Source: an uncultured Chitinophagales bacterium (GTDB lineage: Bacteria > Bacteroidota > Bacteroidia > Chitinophagales > UBA8649). From it: DNA of 64,000 nt. The DNA lies in contig CAWVRT010000001.1 of assembly GCA_963932515.1 (NCBI GenBank), positions 44,214 to 108,213 of the forward strand, in the 5' to 3' direction. The number at the start of each line of letters is the position of its first letter. The first letter of the stretch is position 1. Below the pieces are notes generated by a model. The model worked only from the letters and a program-made list of their open reading frames with translations, had not been told where the DNA came from and made no database searches. This document shows positions 10,129-20,125 of the stretch, piece by piece. The position numbers and the translations under genes were made by a program.

Positions 10129-11157
10129 TTATTTTTTAACTTTCTTTTTCTCTTTGGGTTGAAATCTATAGGCAACTCCAACATTTAAGGCTTCCTTAAA
10201 TTGAGTTCTTGCTCCTGTTTTTTGAGTTCCATCTGAACTCATAATAGCACTACCTTCCTTATCAAATAAATTGATTTTAGTATTATGATCATATATTAAT
10301 TGAGTTCCTAAATTAACGGTAATCCATTTGTTTACTGTTAAATCTATTCCTACACTCCAATCTACATCAATATTTCCGAAGTTTGATTTACGCTTAAAAA
10401 ATACATCATTTTCATAAACTGCCGTAGTTGTCGTATCTAAATAGTTTGTATAAAGCGTTAAAGCTGTTTTAAATTTAACATTTTTCATTAAATCCTTTTT
10501 GAATTCTACTTTCATATAAGCACCTAATTCTGTTCTAACTTGAGCTCCTGCATTTAAACCATAAGTAGTTTCATCAACCCCTTTATCTGTAACAAAAACC
10601 AATTTACCTGCTACCGGGGAGAAGAATAAAGAAAACATATCACTTGGTTTCCAATCTAAGCCTGCGGCTAGCACTAAATTTCCAGGAGATAAAAAGTTAG
10701 AAGAATGTCTTACTTCACCGGCAGTGTAACCCATTGTGAATTGCGTATTAAAACTCATTAAAGCACCAACAAATAAAGTTCCTTTTTTATCTATTTGGTA
10801 ACCATATTTAGAGTTTAACTCCATACGATCTGCATTTTTCTTTAAATCGGCACTTTTTTCTTTAATCAGACCATATTCTGCCTTGAAATTATTTTCCCAA
10901 GAATGCTTTCCTTTTCTATAGTTTGCAAAAATGTCCCCATTTAATAGTCCTGAGATAGAAGAAACCCCTCCTGCAGACCAGTTCACTAATGCTACTTGGT
11001 TTGCAAACAATCCTGCTCTCCCACCAAATTTCCAAGCTTTTTCTACTTCTTCTGTAGTTGGAGCTATTGTTCCAGCAGTACTAGCTGCAACCTCTTTTTG
11101 TGCGTATGTTGTCATTATAGACAATACAGCTAACAATAAAATACTTATTCTTTTCAT
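10129..11157 (-). CDS. Outer-membrane beta-barrel protein, DUF3078-like
   Basis: 342 aa. Signal peptide ending TYAQ, alternating beta-strand pattern, and the NWSAGG motif I associate with DUF3078. Confidence 0.65.
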   Translation of the reverse strand: MKRISILLLAVLSIMTTYAQKEVAASTAGTIAPTTEEVEKAWKFGGRAGLFANQVALVNWSAGGVSSISGLLNGDIFANYRKGKHSWENNFKAEYGLIKEKSADLKKNADRMELNSKYGYQIDKKGTLFVGALMSFNTQFTMGYTAGEVRHSSNFLSPGNLVLAAGLDWKPSDMFSLFFSPVAGKLVFVTDKGVDETTYGLNAGAQVRTELGAYMKVEFKKDLMKNVKFKTALTLYTNYLDTTTTAVYENDVFFKRKSNFGNIDVDWSVGIDLTVNKWITVNLGTQLIYDHNTKINLFDKEGSAIMSSDGTQKTGARTQFKEALNVGVAYRFQPKEKKKVKK

Positions 11158-11353
11158 AGTTTTTTTATTTAATTTAATACACTAATCCTGCAAAGTTGTT
11201 ACTTTTTAATTGAATTTTTAGACTATCTGATAGATTTCTCATCCACCTTTCAAAAATTGCATATTATATTTAAAAGCAACTTTTAGCTCTAGCGAGCTCA
11301 GCCATTGTGTTACAAATAATTTAGAAGCCTAACGCAATAGAGATTTAAATCTT

Positions 11354-12376
11354 CTAATTTCTACTTACACTTCTAGACATTGCTTTTTTTTGTTTCTCTT
11401 CCTGCTCGTAACCCAAAATCAATGATTCTACAACCTCTTTAACCGCTCTAATTTTCTTAGTGTATTTTATAGTTGGTCCGGCAATCCAAACTGTTTTATA
11501 AGTTGCGGTAGTCGCTGCATTTTCTATAACCTTCATCCCTTTTAAGAAAGTAAACATCTTTATCCATTTCTTGAGTTGCTTGTTTTTAGAAAGTGTTTTT
11601 TCAAGCCATCCCTGTTTTATTCCAATTTTTCTTACATAAGGCGTATTGATTACTGTTGAAGGTGTACCAGAAATCTTAGTGCTCATTACTATATCTTTGT
11701 CTGAATATTTCACACAAGCATTTTTATATGCTGCTGAAACATTACTTTCATTAGTGGCAATAAAAATACTGCCAATAGAACAACCCGCTGCACCATCCTT
11801 ATTTAGTCTATCATAAAATCCTTTACCATTTCCAACACCACCAGCAGAAACCACAGGAATTTTAACCGTTTTGTTTAATAAAGGAATTAATTCTGATGAA
11901 AACATATTTCCTGAATGTCCCCCTGCTTCTTTATTTACTGCAATAACAGCATCTGCACCCAAGTTTTCAACTTTTTTAGCAAATTTTTCATCAACAACAT
12001 CACAAAGAACTTTGATATTTACTGCTTTACATTTATTAATTACCTCTTTGGGATTACCTAGAGAAGTAATTATAAAATCTACACCCAATTCTACACAGGT
12101 TGCTAATTGTGTTTTATATTTTGGATTTGATTGGTTAACTATTAAATTTATTCCCAAAGACCCTTTTTTAGCTTTTCTTCTTATTTCTGTAATTCCTGCT
12201 CGCATTAGCTCATCTGTTCGCCAATTTAAAGCTGGAATACAAGCTGCTATTCCCATATTCATAGCTTCAATCATCATTTTTTCATTGGTCACTAAAAACA
12301 TAGGTGCCATAATGATTGGATAATCAATATTTAAAAGTGTCGTTAATTTTGTCGTAATTTTTTCCATTTTATTCAT
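11354..12376 (-). CDS. Nitronate monooxygenase / FabK-like FMN oxidoreductase (NMO family)
   Basis: 340 aa. YPIIMAPM near the N-terminus, GADAVIAVNKEAGGH, and SAGGVGNG, a TIM-barrel FMN enzyme pattern. Confidence 0.8.
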   Translation of the reverse strand: MNKMEKITTKLTTLLNIDYPIIMAPMFLVTNEKMMIEAMNMGIAACIPALNWRTDELMRAGITEIRRKAKKGSLGINLIVNQSNPKYKTQLATCVELGVDFIITSLGNPKEVINKCKAVNIKVLCDVVDEKFAKKVENLGADAVIAVNKEAGGHSGNMFSSELIPLLNKTVKIPVVSAGGVGNGKGFYDRLNKDGAAGCSIGSIFIATNESNVSAAYKNACVKYSDKDIVMSTKISGTPSTVINTPYVRKIGIKQGWLEKTLSKNKQLKKWIKMFTFLKGMKVIENAATTATYKTVWIAGPTIKYTKKIRAVKEVVESLILGYEQEEKQKKAMSRSVSRN

Positions 12377-12385
12377 TCTTTAATA

Positions 12386-12859
12386 TTACAGCAGTGCGTT
12401 TTTTCTTATGTAACTTACCAGTATGCTATTACTCTTCTTTCTAACTACATTTTTTACTAGAAAACTTCCCCCAATCAAGCCTAAAGTAGATCCCATTGCT
12501 TGTTTTATCCATATTTTTATATCAAAATCATCTGTATGCTTTATGATTAAGCCGTTTTTAATTTCAAAATTGGCCTCTATAATATTATGCACTTGATTTC
12601 TAGTTTGACTAAAAGTATAATATGCTTCCCAATGAGCTGTTCCTCCTTGACGGGTCTCAGTAATTTTGGAGAATTCCATTTTAAAATCTTTCGCATTTTC
12701 ACATAAAAACTGCCACATATATTTTACTTCATCTCCTTTCAATTTTCCAAAAGCCGGATCTTCAAAAATTACATCTTCTGCCAAAAAAGAATTCATGGTT
12801 TTTGAATCTAAATTTTGGAAAGCACTATAAAATTTATCTATTATTTCCTTATTTTTCAT
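12386..12859 (-). CDS. NTF2/SnoaL-like fold protein
   Basis: 157 aa. The first ~120 aa show the SnoaL-like pattern (FYSAFQNLD...FEDPAFG...). The tail is hydrophobic and basic. Confidence 0.55.
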   Translation of the reverse strand: MKNKEIIDKFYSAFQNLDSKTMNSFLAEDVIFEDPAFGKLKGDEVKYMWQFLCENAKDFKMEFSKITETRQGGTAHWEAYYTFSQTRNQVHNIIEANFEIKNGLIIKHTDDFDIKIWIKQAMGSTLGLIGGSFLVKNVVRKKSNSILVSYIRKNALL

Positions 12860-12941
12860 ACTATAAATTTAATGCAAAGGTAAAGGAAAAGATACGTATT
12901 TTCTTTTCGTATATGAAAACTACCATTCTTTAAATAAGTCG

Positions 12942-12949
12942 TACTTTTG
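12942..12949 (+). promoter_or_regulatory. -7 promoter box TACTTTTG
   Basis: Exact TAnnTTTG match, 9 nt upstream of the ATG at 12959. Confidence 0.45.
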
Positions 12950-12958
12950 TATCCGTTT

Positions 12959-13642
12959 ATGAAAACAGAATTAGATATACTTTTTGAAGACAATCATTTA
13001 TTGATAATCAATAAACCTGCAGGTTTACTAGTACAAGGCGATAAAACTGGTGACGAATCTTTACTTGATAAAGGGAAAGCTTATATAAAAGAGAAATACA
13101 ATAAACCTGGATTGGTTTATTTAGGCTTACCACATCGGTTAGATAGACCTACTTCTGGTATTGTTGTGTTAGCAAAAACGAGTAAAGCATTAGAAAGATT
13201 AAACAAGCTTTTTCAAACGAGAGAAATTCAAAAAACTTACTGGGCGATTGTAAAAGCAAACCCGCCTGAAGTGGAAGCAACGCTATCTGGTTTTATGTAC
13301 AAAAATCAAGAAAAAAATAGGTCTTATGTTCATGCGAAACCTAAAAAAGGTGCTCAACTGGCAGAACTATCTTACAAAATAATTGGAAAATCAAAATATT
13401 ATAATCTTTTAGAAGTGACACCTGTTACAGGAAGGCATCATCAGATTAGAGTTCAATTGGCTAGTATTGGTTGCCCAATAAAAGGTGATATTAAATATGG
13501 TTTTAAACGCTCGAACCCAGATAGATCTATTCATTTACATGCTAGAAAACTAAGTTTTTTGCATCCTGTCACTAAAAAAGAAATGAAAATTGGTGCTAAA
13601 CCGCCAAAAGAGCAAGTTTGGGATTTCTTTAGAGATATTTAA
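12959..13642 (+). CDS. RluA-family pseudouridine synthase
   Basis: HRLDRPTSGIVVLAKT catalytic-Asp motif. The ORF-track start at 12947 is a TTG lying inside the -7 box, so I use the ATG at 12959 (MKTELDILFED...). Confidence 0.85.
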   Translation: MKTELDILFEDNHLLIINKPAGLLVQGDKTGDESLLDKGKAYIKEKYNKPGLVYLGLPHRLDRPTSGIVVLAKTSKALERLNKLFQTREIQKTYWAIVKANPPEVEATLSGFMYKNQEKNRSYVHAKPKKGAQLAELSYKIIGKSKYYNLLEVTPVTGRHHQIRVQLASIGCPIKGDIKYGFKRSNPDRSIHLHARKLSFLHPVTKKEMKIGAKPPKEQVWDFFRDI

Positions 13643-13786
13643 GTTAAAAACTACTCCCTGGCTACACAAATACTTTTATTCTCAAGCTAATTTACACTTA
13701 TTTTAAATTTATAATTCTTTAATATAAAAGTCTGTATTTAGTTTGTGTAGCCGATGGAAATTAGTTTCATCTTTCATATTTTTCAT

Positions 13787-13794
13787 TAACTTTG
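13787..13794 (+). promoter_or_regulatory. -7 promoter box TAACTTTG
   Basis: Exact TAnnTTTG match, 5 nt upstream of the asnB ATG at 13800. Confidence 0.45.
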
Positions 13795-13799
13795 TCCTT

Positions 13800-15647
13800 A
13801 TGTGTGGTATAGCAGGAATTTTCACTTTAAATACGCAATTACATCCTTCTTGGATTAAACAAATGACGGATTCAATTGCGCATAGAGGACCCGATGCAGG
13901 TGGTGCTTTTACTGCAGACAATAATCAGTTAGCTTTAGGACATAGGAGATTAAGTATTATGGATTTATCTTCTGGTGCCAACCAACCACTCTATTCTTCT
14001 TGCGGAAATTTTGTAATGGTTTTTAATGGTGAAATATATAATTTCAAAGAACTTGCAGAGAAATACGATATCAAAGAAGGTTTAAGTTCTGATTCTAAAG
14101 TAATTCTTGAACTTTTTGTAAAACTGGGGAAAGATTTTGTTTTAGAATTAAATGGCATGTTTGCTTTGGCAATTTATGACATCAGAGAAGAAAAATTATG
14201 GCTTTTTAGAGACAGAGTTGGTATTAAACCATTATACTTTTACTGGAACAATGAAAACTTAATTTTTGCTTCTGAATTGAAAGCTATTAAAACATTAATT
14301 ACCGATTTTCCATTAACTGTGAGTAAAAAAGCTATTTCAAGTTATTTACGTTTAGGCTATATTCCAGAACCCCTTTCTATCTATAAAGAAGTTAGAAAAT
14401 TTCCATCAGCGTCTATACTGTCTATTACTAAAAAAAGCTATCAAATAGAGAAATATTGGGATTTAGCGGACAAAATTGATAAAAAGAAACAACTTTCAGA
14501 CGAAAAAGTCGCAAAAAAGCAATTAGATGAATTATTGCAATCTAGTATAAAATACAGGTTAATGTCTGATGTGCCTTTTGGTACTTTTTTAAGTGGTGGA
14601 ATAGATTCTAGTACGGTTACGGCTATTGCACAAAGTGTTAATGAAAAACCAATCAATACTTTTTCAATTGGTTTTAAAGAGTCTTCTTACAATGAAGCTG
14701 TTTTTGCTAAACAAATTGCTGGTTATTTAGGGACAAATCATCATGAATTTATGGTTTCTTATAATGAAGCTATTGAGCAGTTTGATCAAATAATAAAAGC
14801 GTATGACGAACCTTTTGCAGATAGTTCTGCCATACCAACTATGTTGGTTTCTAAACTAGCAAAAAAACATGTAAGCATGACATTGTCTGGCGATGGTGGA
14901 GATGAGCAATTTTTTGGATACGGCATGTATACTTGGGCAAAGAGATTAGACAATCCTTTGATTGATGCTTTTGGAAAACCTTTACGTTTTGCATTTTCTA
15001 AAAGTAATAATAGACATAAAAGAGCTAGTGGCATGTTTGGTCATACAGACAAAAGCACTCGCCCTTCTCACATATTTTCTATTGAGCAGTTTTTCTTTTC
15101 AAATGAAGAATTGGTAGATGTTTTAAAATATAAAAACTACTCAAAATTAGAACTAGATGAAACGAGAGGTACAAAACTAGATCTGGATGCTCAAGAAAAT
15201 CAAGCTTTTTTTGATATGAATTATTATTTGAAAGATGATTTATTGGTAAAAGTAGATAGGGCAAGCATGCGGTATTCTTTAGAAACTAGAGTGCCTCTTT
15301 TAGATCATAGAATGTTAGAGTTTAGCGTAAACCTTGCTCCTGCATTAAAAATAAAAGATGGTGTAAGTAAATATTTACTAAAAGAAGTTCTTTATGATTA
15401 TGTTCCTAAAGAATATTTTGACAGACCAAAATGGGGCTTTAGTATTCCAATAAGATATTGGTTACAAAAAGAATTGAAACACTTACCCGAAAAATACTTG
15501 AGTATAGAAGTTTTAGAGAAACACAGTATTTTCAAAGTGGCACAAGTTAAAGAAATTGAAAGGAGATATTTTGCTGGAGAAGATTTTCTTTTCAATAGAA
15601 TTTGGTCTATTATTATGTTGAATCAATGGCTGGAAGAGAATTTATAG
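13800..15647 (+). CDS. asnB: Asparagine synthase (glutamine-hydrolysing)
   Basis: MCGIAGIF with the N-terminal nucleophile Cys directly after Met, and the SGGIDSS PP-loop. The track start at 13743 adds 19 residues not expected for a class II amidotransferase. Confidence 0.9.
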   Translation: MCGIAGIFTLNTQLHPSWIKQMTDSIAHRGPDAGGAFTADNNQLALGHRRLSIMDLSSGANQPLYSSCGNFVMVFNGEIYNFKELAEKYDIKEGLSSDSKVILELFVKLGKDFVLELNGMFALAIYDIREEKLWLFRDRVGIKPLYFYWNNENLIFASELKAIKTLITDFPLTVSKKAISSYLRLGYIPEPLSIYKEVRKFPSASILSITKKSYQIEKYWDLADKIDKKKQLSDEKVAKKQLDELLQSSIKYRLMSDVPFGTFLSGGIDSSTVTAIAQSVNEKPINTFSIGFKESSYNEAVFAKQIAGYLGTNHHEFMVSYNEAIEQFDQIIKAYDEPFADSSAIPTMLVSKLAKKHVSMTLSGDGGDEQFFGYGMYTWAKRLDNPLIDAFGKPLRFAFSKSNNRHKRASGMFGHTDKSTRPSHIFSIEQFFFSNEELVDVLKYKNYSKLELDETRGTKLDLDAQENQAFFDMNYYLKDDLLVKVDRASMRYSLETRVPLLDHRMLEFSVNLAPALKIKDGVSKYLLKEVLYDYVPKEYFDRPKWGFSIPIRYWLQKELKHLPEKYLSIEVLEKHSIFKVAQVKEIERRYFAGEDFLFNRIWSIIMLNQWLEENL

Positions 15648-15652
15648 CCGAA

Positions 15653-16360
15653 CTACCCTAGAACACTTTCCAATACATCTAAAGAATTAATTTTTCTGAA
15701 ATTATCTATATGTGTAGAATAATATTGGATTAAAGTCTCTAATAATTGTTTTCTAGACCTTTTAGTTAAGTTCAATTTCTCTTTATACAATAAAGCAGAA
15801 AAATTACTTGCTATGTCGCCACTTAAGTAGCCAAAAGAATTTACTTCATTGGTAAACTCTCCTTCTCTAATATTGAAATAAGGCGTTTTTTCTGAATATT
15901 TTCCTTGTGGCTGAATTCCTTTAAAAAACATAAAGTCTATTAAAAATTCTAAATGGAAATTGGCAATATGATTATTTCCTAAATCTAATTTGATTAAGGT
16001 GTTTTTTATAAAGTCGTATAATTCTTCATTTTCTTCCTCTTCACTCAGCGTATGTTCTAGTATTTCTAAAATGAAAATAGCAATAGAACTTTTTATAATA
16101 TTGAATGGAATGTCTTGATACAAAAAATTGAACTTGTATTCTTTTAAGTTCAACAAGCCCTTATTCTCTTTATAATAAACAATGAGATCTAAGAAATTTA
16201 AAGGTTGAAACAACACTGCTTTATTGGTGTTTTTTGCTGTTCGCACACCATTTATAATAAACGATAATAAACCATGAGATACTGTATAGGCTTTTACGAT
16301 TAAGCTAGTTTCTCTAAACTTTGTCGTTTTTAAGATGATTCCTTCGGTTTTTATTAGCAT
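15653..16360 (-). CDS. recO: DNA repair protein RecO
   Basis: 235 aa. The N-terminal OB-fold pattern MLIKTEGIILKTTKFRETSLIVKAYT and the overall length fit RecO. Confidence 0.8.
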   Translation of the reverse strand: MLIKTEGIILKTTKFRETSLIVKAYTVSHGLLSFIINGVRTAKNTNKAVLFQPLNFLDLIVYYKENKGLLNLKEYKFNFLYQDIPFNIIKSSIAIFILEILEHTLSEEEENEELYDFIKNTLIKLDLGNNHIANFHLEFLIDFMFFKGIQPQGKYSEKTPYFNIREGEFTNEVNSFGYLSGDIASNFSALLYKEKLNLTKRSRKQLLETLIQYYSTHIDNFRKINSLDVLESVLG

Positions 16361-16367
16361 GCTTAAA

Positions 16368-18977
16368 TTAAAATTGAGCGCCTAAAACTACTTTTTCTTC
16401 AAAATGTTTTTTCTTTCCCTCTAAATCGAATAAATCTACTAAAACAATATAAATACCAATTTTAGCTTTTTCATTGTTATAATTTGTTCCGTCCCATTTC
16501 CAAAAACCTTCAGAACCTATGGTTTCGTTGAGTGCAATGTCTTTAATTTTCCTACCAACTATATCATAAATAGCAACATTGGCAACAAACCCAGGTTCAT
16601 CTATCGTATAGTTGATTAAGGTGAAATCTTTATCACCATCTTGATTTGGAGTAAAAACTTCTGGTGTTACAGAAATTAAATCTTCTTGAACAATTTCAGC
16701 AAAAGTTTGAGAGTTGACAGCCGTTGGTGTTCCAAAACCAAAACTTTTTGCTGCAGAAGCCCAATTGACATTACTTTGTGTTTCACTTTCGGTGCTTATT
16801 CTTTCTAAAGAAACTCCATTGTCCGAATCTAGCAATTCAAAATTCCAACGAGCAAAATAATGTAATTTGTCTAAGATAACACTATCGTTATAAACCAATC
16901 CAACAACTCCTTCATTGTCTGCATAACTTGGAATATTTAAGTCGAAAAGCCATGCTGGTTTAGTAACTATATAGTTTAAAAATACAGATTGGGTATCTTC
17001 CGTAAAAGTGAAATATGCGGCAGGTGGAATAATGAAATCCTCTGTAAATTTAGAAGAAAAATCACTGATGCTATCTTCAAAATCTATATCATATTCTATT
17101 ATATTAAAGCCTTTCAGATTTAACGCTTGATTACTTTTATTATAAATTTCAATATAATCATACGCACCAGAATACGGATTAAATAATATTTCATTGATTA
17201 GCAAATCACCTACTTCAGGGGATTTTACAAAGTAAACTTCTATACCATTTGCAAACATGGGTACACCTGAACAGTTTTGGATATTTGAAATACTCAAAGC
17301 ATAATAAATACTCGGAGAGGCAATTTCTTCCAGTGTTAAAAAATAAGAATTACCAATTTTTATCACCGAATTAATTTGATAAAAATTAACAAAATCGATT
17401 CCTGGTGAACTTAATTCGTAATTTGTAATATCATTTCCTCCTAAAACTTCTTGGTTAAAAGTTATTTGTATAGTCGTGTCATTTATAAATGTAGCTGATG
17501 TAATTTCTGGCGCAATTGACCCCAAAATAAGATCAACACTATTCATAGTTCCTGGCGAACCTCCAATTAAATCATTACTTGGTGTCCAGTTACCAGATTC
17601 AGAACAAGGGTAGCTAGCTGAAATTCTAGAAAGTGACCATCCGCCATCTACCTTATCATCGCCATTTGGTGCTTGCTGACCTGCAAACCAATTATCAAAA
17701 TAATGTAAAGAATCTAAAACTTCTCCATATTTATTATAAAGCGTTAGTTTATCTTCTGTTTTGTTTAAAGTAATAAAACTAGTTAGACCAAAAGTTTTTC
17801 CAAAACTATCATAAAAAGGTTTTGCGGTTGTTTTTCCAACGATTACATATTCATTCGGTAAAATCGTATCCGCATTAAAATAAGTTGTATCCGTAAAATC
17901 ACTTAAAAACCAACCTTCTGTAAAAAGCGTGTCATTTTGAAGATTTTTAAATTCAATAAACTCATAAGTTGGTAAACCAACTGCAGGTGTTTCGTCTGCT
18001 AAGATTTCGTTAAAAATAATGGACTCAAAAGTGTAGGCATTTTCCAATTCAAAAGAAATTACTGTGTCTAAGGTGTTTAAATTTAAATCTTCCAAGTTGT
18101 TTATACTTAAATCATAGCTTAAGCCCCCTATAAATTCAGTTGAAAAAGAAAGTAAAACAGAATTGTCTATATTATTGTTAGCAGCATTTATTGGCGTTCC
18201 TAGGCTATTGTTTCCTGAATAATTAGCTTCATTTTCTGCAATAACATTTTCCAATTCTTCCGAAAAATACACTTTTAAAGTATTCACATTTTCTATTTCT
18301 ACAGCCGTTACTTTTGGTGCGAAAATATCAGTAAAAACCTGCGCTGTTACATTTATGCTATCAAAAGTAAATTTATCCGATCTAGTAGAAGTATAATCAC
18401 ATAGAAACCCAAAATAATTACTTTCCATTACCGTATTATCAAAAACAGTTCCTTCACTTATGTAATTATTAAAAGCAACTGATGTATCTGAAAATAATTC
18501 AAAATTTCCGAATAAATCTCTACTAACTTTTATTTTCACTTTTGGCGTAGTAGCTACTGTTCCATCTATTCCATCTATTATTTTTGTAGATGTACTTCCG
18601 TTTTGTCTATACAAACTAATTTCGTCAGCTGTACTTCCTACTAAAACGTAGTATCCATCGAGGCTTCCTTTTAAATCACTTTGGTCAGAAACTATGTAAA
18701 CATACGCTCTATTACTACCTGATGGATTAAATTGAAGATCTACATAAAACTCCCAAAAACCATTAACTGCAGCATTACTAGCTGTAACAATTGCAGATTC
18801 ATCAGTCACTGCAGGCGCATTTAAGTGTAATTGATTGTTGGAGTTTATTTCAAAGTTGGCTATATCGCCAAGCCAAACAGGGTTTACTGTAAAATTTCCG
18901 TCAGAAAAACTTTCTTGAAATTGAGCATTTGAATAAAAACTGATAGCGGTCAATAGTAGTATAATTAGGTTTTTCAC
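16368..18977 (-). CDS. Large secreted protein with two lamin-tail-like (LTD) domains and a T9SS type-B-like C-terminal domain
   Basis: 869 aa with a GTG start. Signal peptide MKNLIILLLTAISFYSNAQ. Two LTD-type motifs (FNEILADETP..YEFIEFKN and INEILFNPYSG.YDYIEIYN). C-terminus has FTPNQDGDKDF...WKWDG...IGIYIV, resembling the FTPNGDG..WDG..GxY gliding-associated CTD. Confidence 0.7.
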   Translation of the reverse strand: MKNLIILLLTAISFYSNAQFQESFSDGNFTVNPVWLGDIANFEINSNNQLHLNAPAVTDESAIVTASNAAVNGFWEFYVDLQFNPSGSNRAYVYIVSDQSDLKGSLDGYYVLVGSTADEISLYRQNGSTSTKIIDGIDGTVATTPKVKIKVSRDLFGNFELFSDTSVAFNNYISEGTVFDNTVMESNYFGFLCDYTSTRSDKFTFDSINVTAQVFTDIFAPKVTAVEIENVNTLKVYFSEELENVIAENEANYSGNNSLGTPINAANNNIDNSVLLSFSTEFIGGLSYDLSINNLEDLNLNTLDTVISFELENAYTFESIIFNEILADETPAVGLPTYEFIEFKNLQNDTLFTEGWFLSDFTDTTYFNADTILPNEYVIVGKTTAKPFYDSFGKTFGLTSFITLNKTEDKLTLYNKYGEVLDSLHYFDNWFAGQQAPNGDDKVDGGWSLSRISASYPCSESGNWTPSNDLIGGSPGTMNSVDLILGSIAPEITSATFINDTTIQITFNQEVLGGNDITNYELSSPGIDFVNFYQINSVIKIGNSYFLTLEEIASPSIYYALSISNIQNCSGVPMFANGIEVYFVKSPEVGDLLINEILFNPYSGAYDYIEIYNKSNQALNLKGFNIIEYDIDFEDSISDFSSKFTEDFIIPPAAYFTFTEDTQSVFLNYIVTKPAWLFDLNIPSYADNEGVVGLVYNDSVILDKLHYFARWNFELLDSDNGVSLERISTESETQSNVNWASAAKSFGFGTPTAVNSQTFAEIVQEDLISVTPEVFTPNQDGDKDFTLINYTIDEPGFVANVAIYDIVGRKIKDIALNETIGSEGFWKWDGTNYNNEKAKIGIYIVLVDLFDLEGKKKHFEEKVVLGAQF

Positions 18978-19138
18978 CCTATAAAAGTAAAAAATAAATC
19001 AAGAATAATAAATAGAATTCTATTATAATTGAAAATTAATAATTTAATAATGTAATAATCATTTGAAAAAATGAAGAATTATACTGAATTTTACAAACAA
19101 TAATTATCCTTGAAAGATAAAAATATAAAAATATAAAA

Positions 19139-20125
19139 ATGAAATTAGCAATTATAGGCGCAACAGGTATGGTAGGGAATATCATGCTACAAGTATTGGA
19201 AGAAAGAAATTTTCCTTATGCTGAATTAATTTTGGCTGCTTCTGATAAATCTGTAGGAAAAGAATTGACTTGTAAAAACAAAAAATATGTTTTAGTAAGT
19301 TTACAAGAGGCTTTAGATGCCAAACCAACTATTGCTATATTTTCTGCTGGTGGAGAAATCTCTAAAAAATGGGCACCAAAATTTGTAGAAAATGGAACGA
19401 TTGTAATAGATAATAGTTCTGCTTGGAGAATGGATAAAAATGTTCCTTTAGTTGTTCCAGAAATAAATTTTGGGCACATAAAAGCCGCTAATAAAATTAT
19501 TGCCAACCCTAATTGCTCAACAATTCAAATGGTTTTGGCTTTAAGTAATTTACATAAAGACTTTAAAATAAAAAGATTGGTAATTTCTACTTATCAATCG
19601 GTAACGGGTACTGGCATCAAAGCTGTTAAACAAATGATGGACGAAAGAGCAGGAAATCCTGTAGAAAAAGTTTATCCTTACCAAATAGATATGAATTGCT
19701 TGCCACATGCTGGCGTTTTTGATGATAACGGTTATACTTCTGAAGAAACTAAATTGGTCAATGAAACTAGAAAAATATTTGGTGATGATCATATTCAAAT
19801 TACAGCAACTGTTGTACGTGTGCCAGTAATGGGCGGACATAGTATTTCTGTAAATGTTGAGCTTGAAAAAGATTTTGAAATGGATGAAATTTATTCTTCT
19901 TTAAAAAGAACAGCTGGCGTAATTGTTCAAGATGATTATGCTAATAATGAATATCCAATGCCTTTATTTTCTGAGCATAAAGATGAAGTATTTGTAGGAA
20001 GAATTCGTAAAGATTATTCTCACCCTAAAGCGATTAACTTATGGATAGTTGCTGACAACTTACGAAAAGGTGCTGCTACTAATACGGTACAGATTGCTGA
20101 GAAATTTCAAAGAAGTTCTACCTAG
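19139..20125 (+). CDS. asd: Aspartate-semialdehyde dehydrogenase
   Basis: 328 aa. GATGMVG NAD(P) motif and the active-site NPNCSTIQ. Confidence 0.9.
   Translation: MKLAIIGATGMVGNIMLQVLEERNFPYAELILAASDKSVGKELTCKNKKYVLVSLQEALDAKPTIAIFSAGGEISKKWAPKFVENGTIVIDNSSAWRMDKNVPLVVPEINFGHIKAANKIIANPNCSTIQMVLALSNLHKDFKIKRLVISTYQSVTGTGIKAVKQMMDERAGNPVEKVYPYQIDMNCLPHAGVFDDNGYTSEETKLVNETRKIFGDDHIQITATVVRVPVMGGHSISVNVELEKDFEMDEIYSSLKRTAGVIVQDDYANNEYPMPLFSEHKDEVFVGRIRKDYSHPKAINLWIVADNLRKGAATNTVQIAEKFQRSST

Noticed and set aside
11871-12323. 150-aa ORF antisense to the NMO-family gene. Similar long antisense ORFs occur at 38897-39337, 45769-46230, 53011-53376, 19216-19840, 25934-26236 and 63097-63378.
   Set aside because: All are fully embedded opposite strongly supported genes (mfd, infB, rpsB, asd, ileS, icmF). 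They have S/F/I/L-rich low-complexity translations and no independent promoter box or signal that I could see.
19117-19138. Tandem ATATAAAA repeats just upstream of asd
   Set aside because: Only about three short AT-only units in an AT-rich promoter region. No spacer structure, so it is not CRISPR-like and not a meaningful satellite.
20118-20125. 8-nt 3'-end overlap of the convergent asd and udk genes
   Set aside because: Small convergent overlaps are common in compact genomes, and no extra structure is seen. Noted only as a sign of tight packing.
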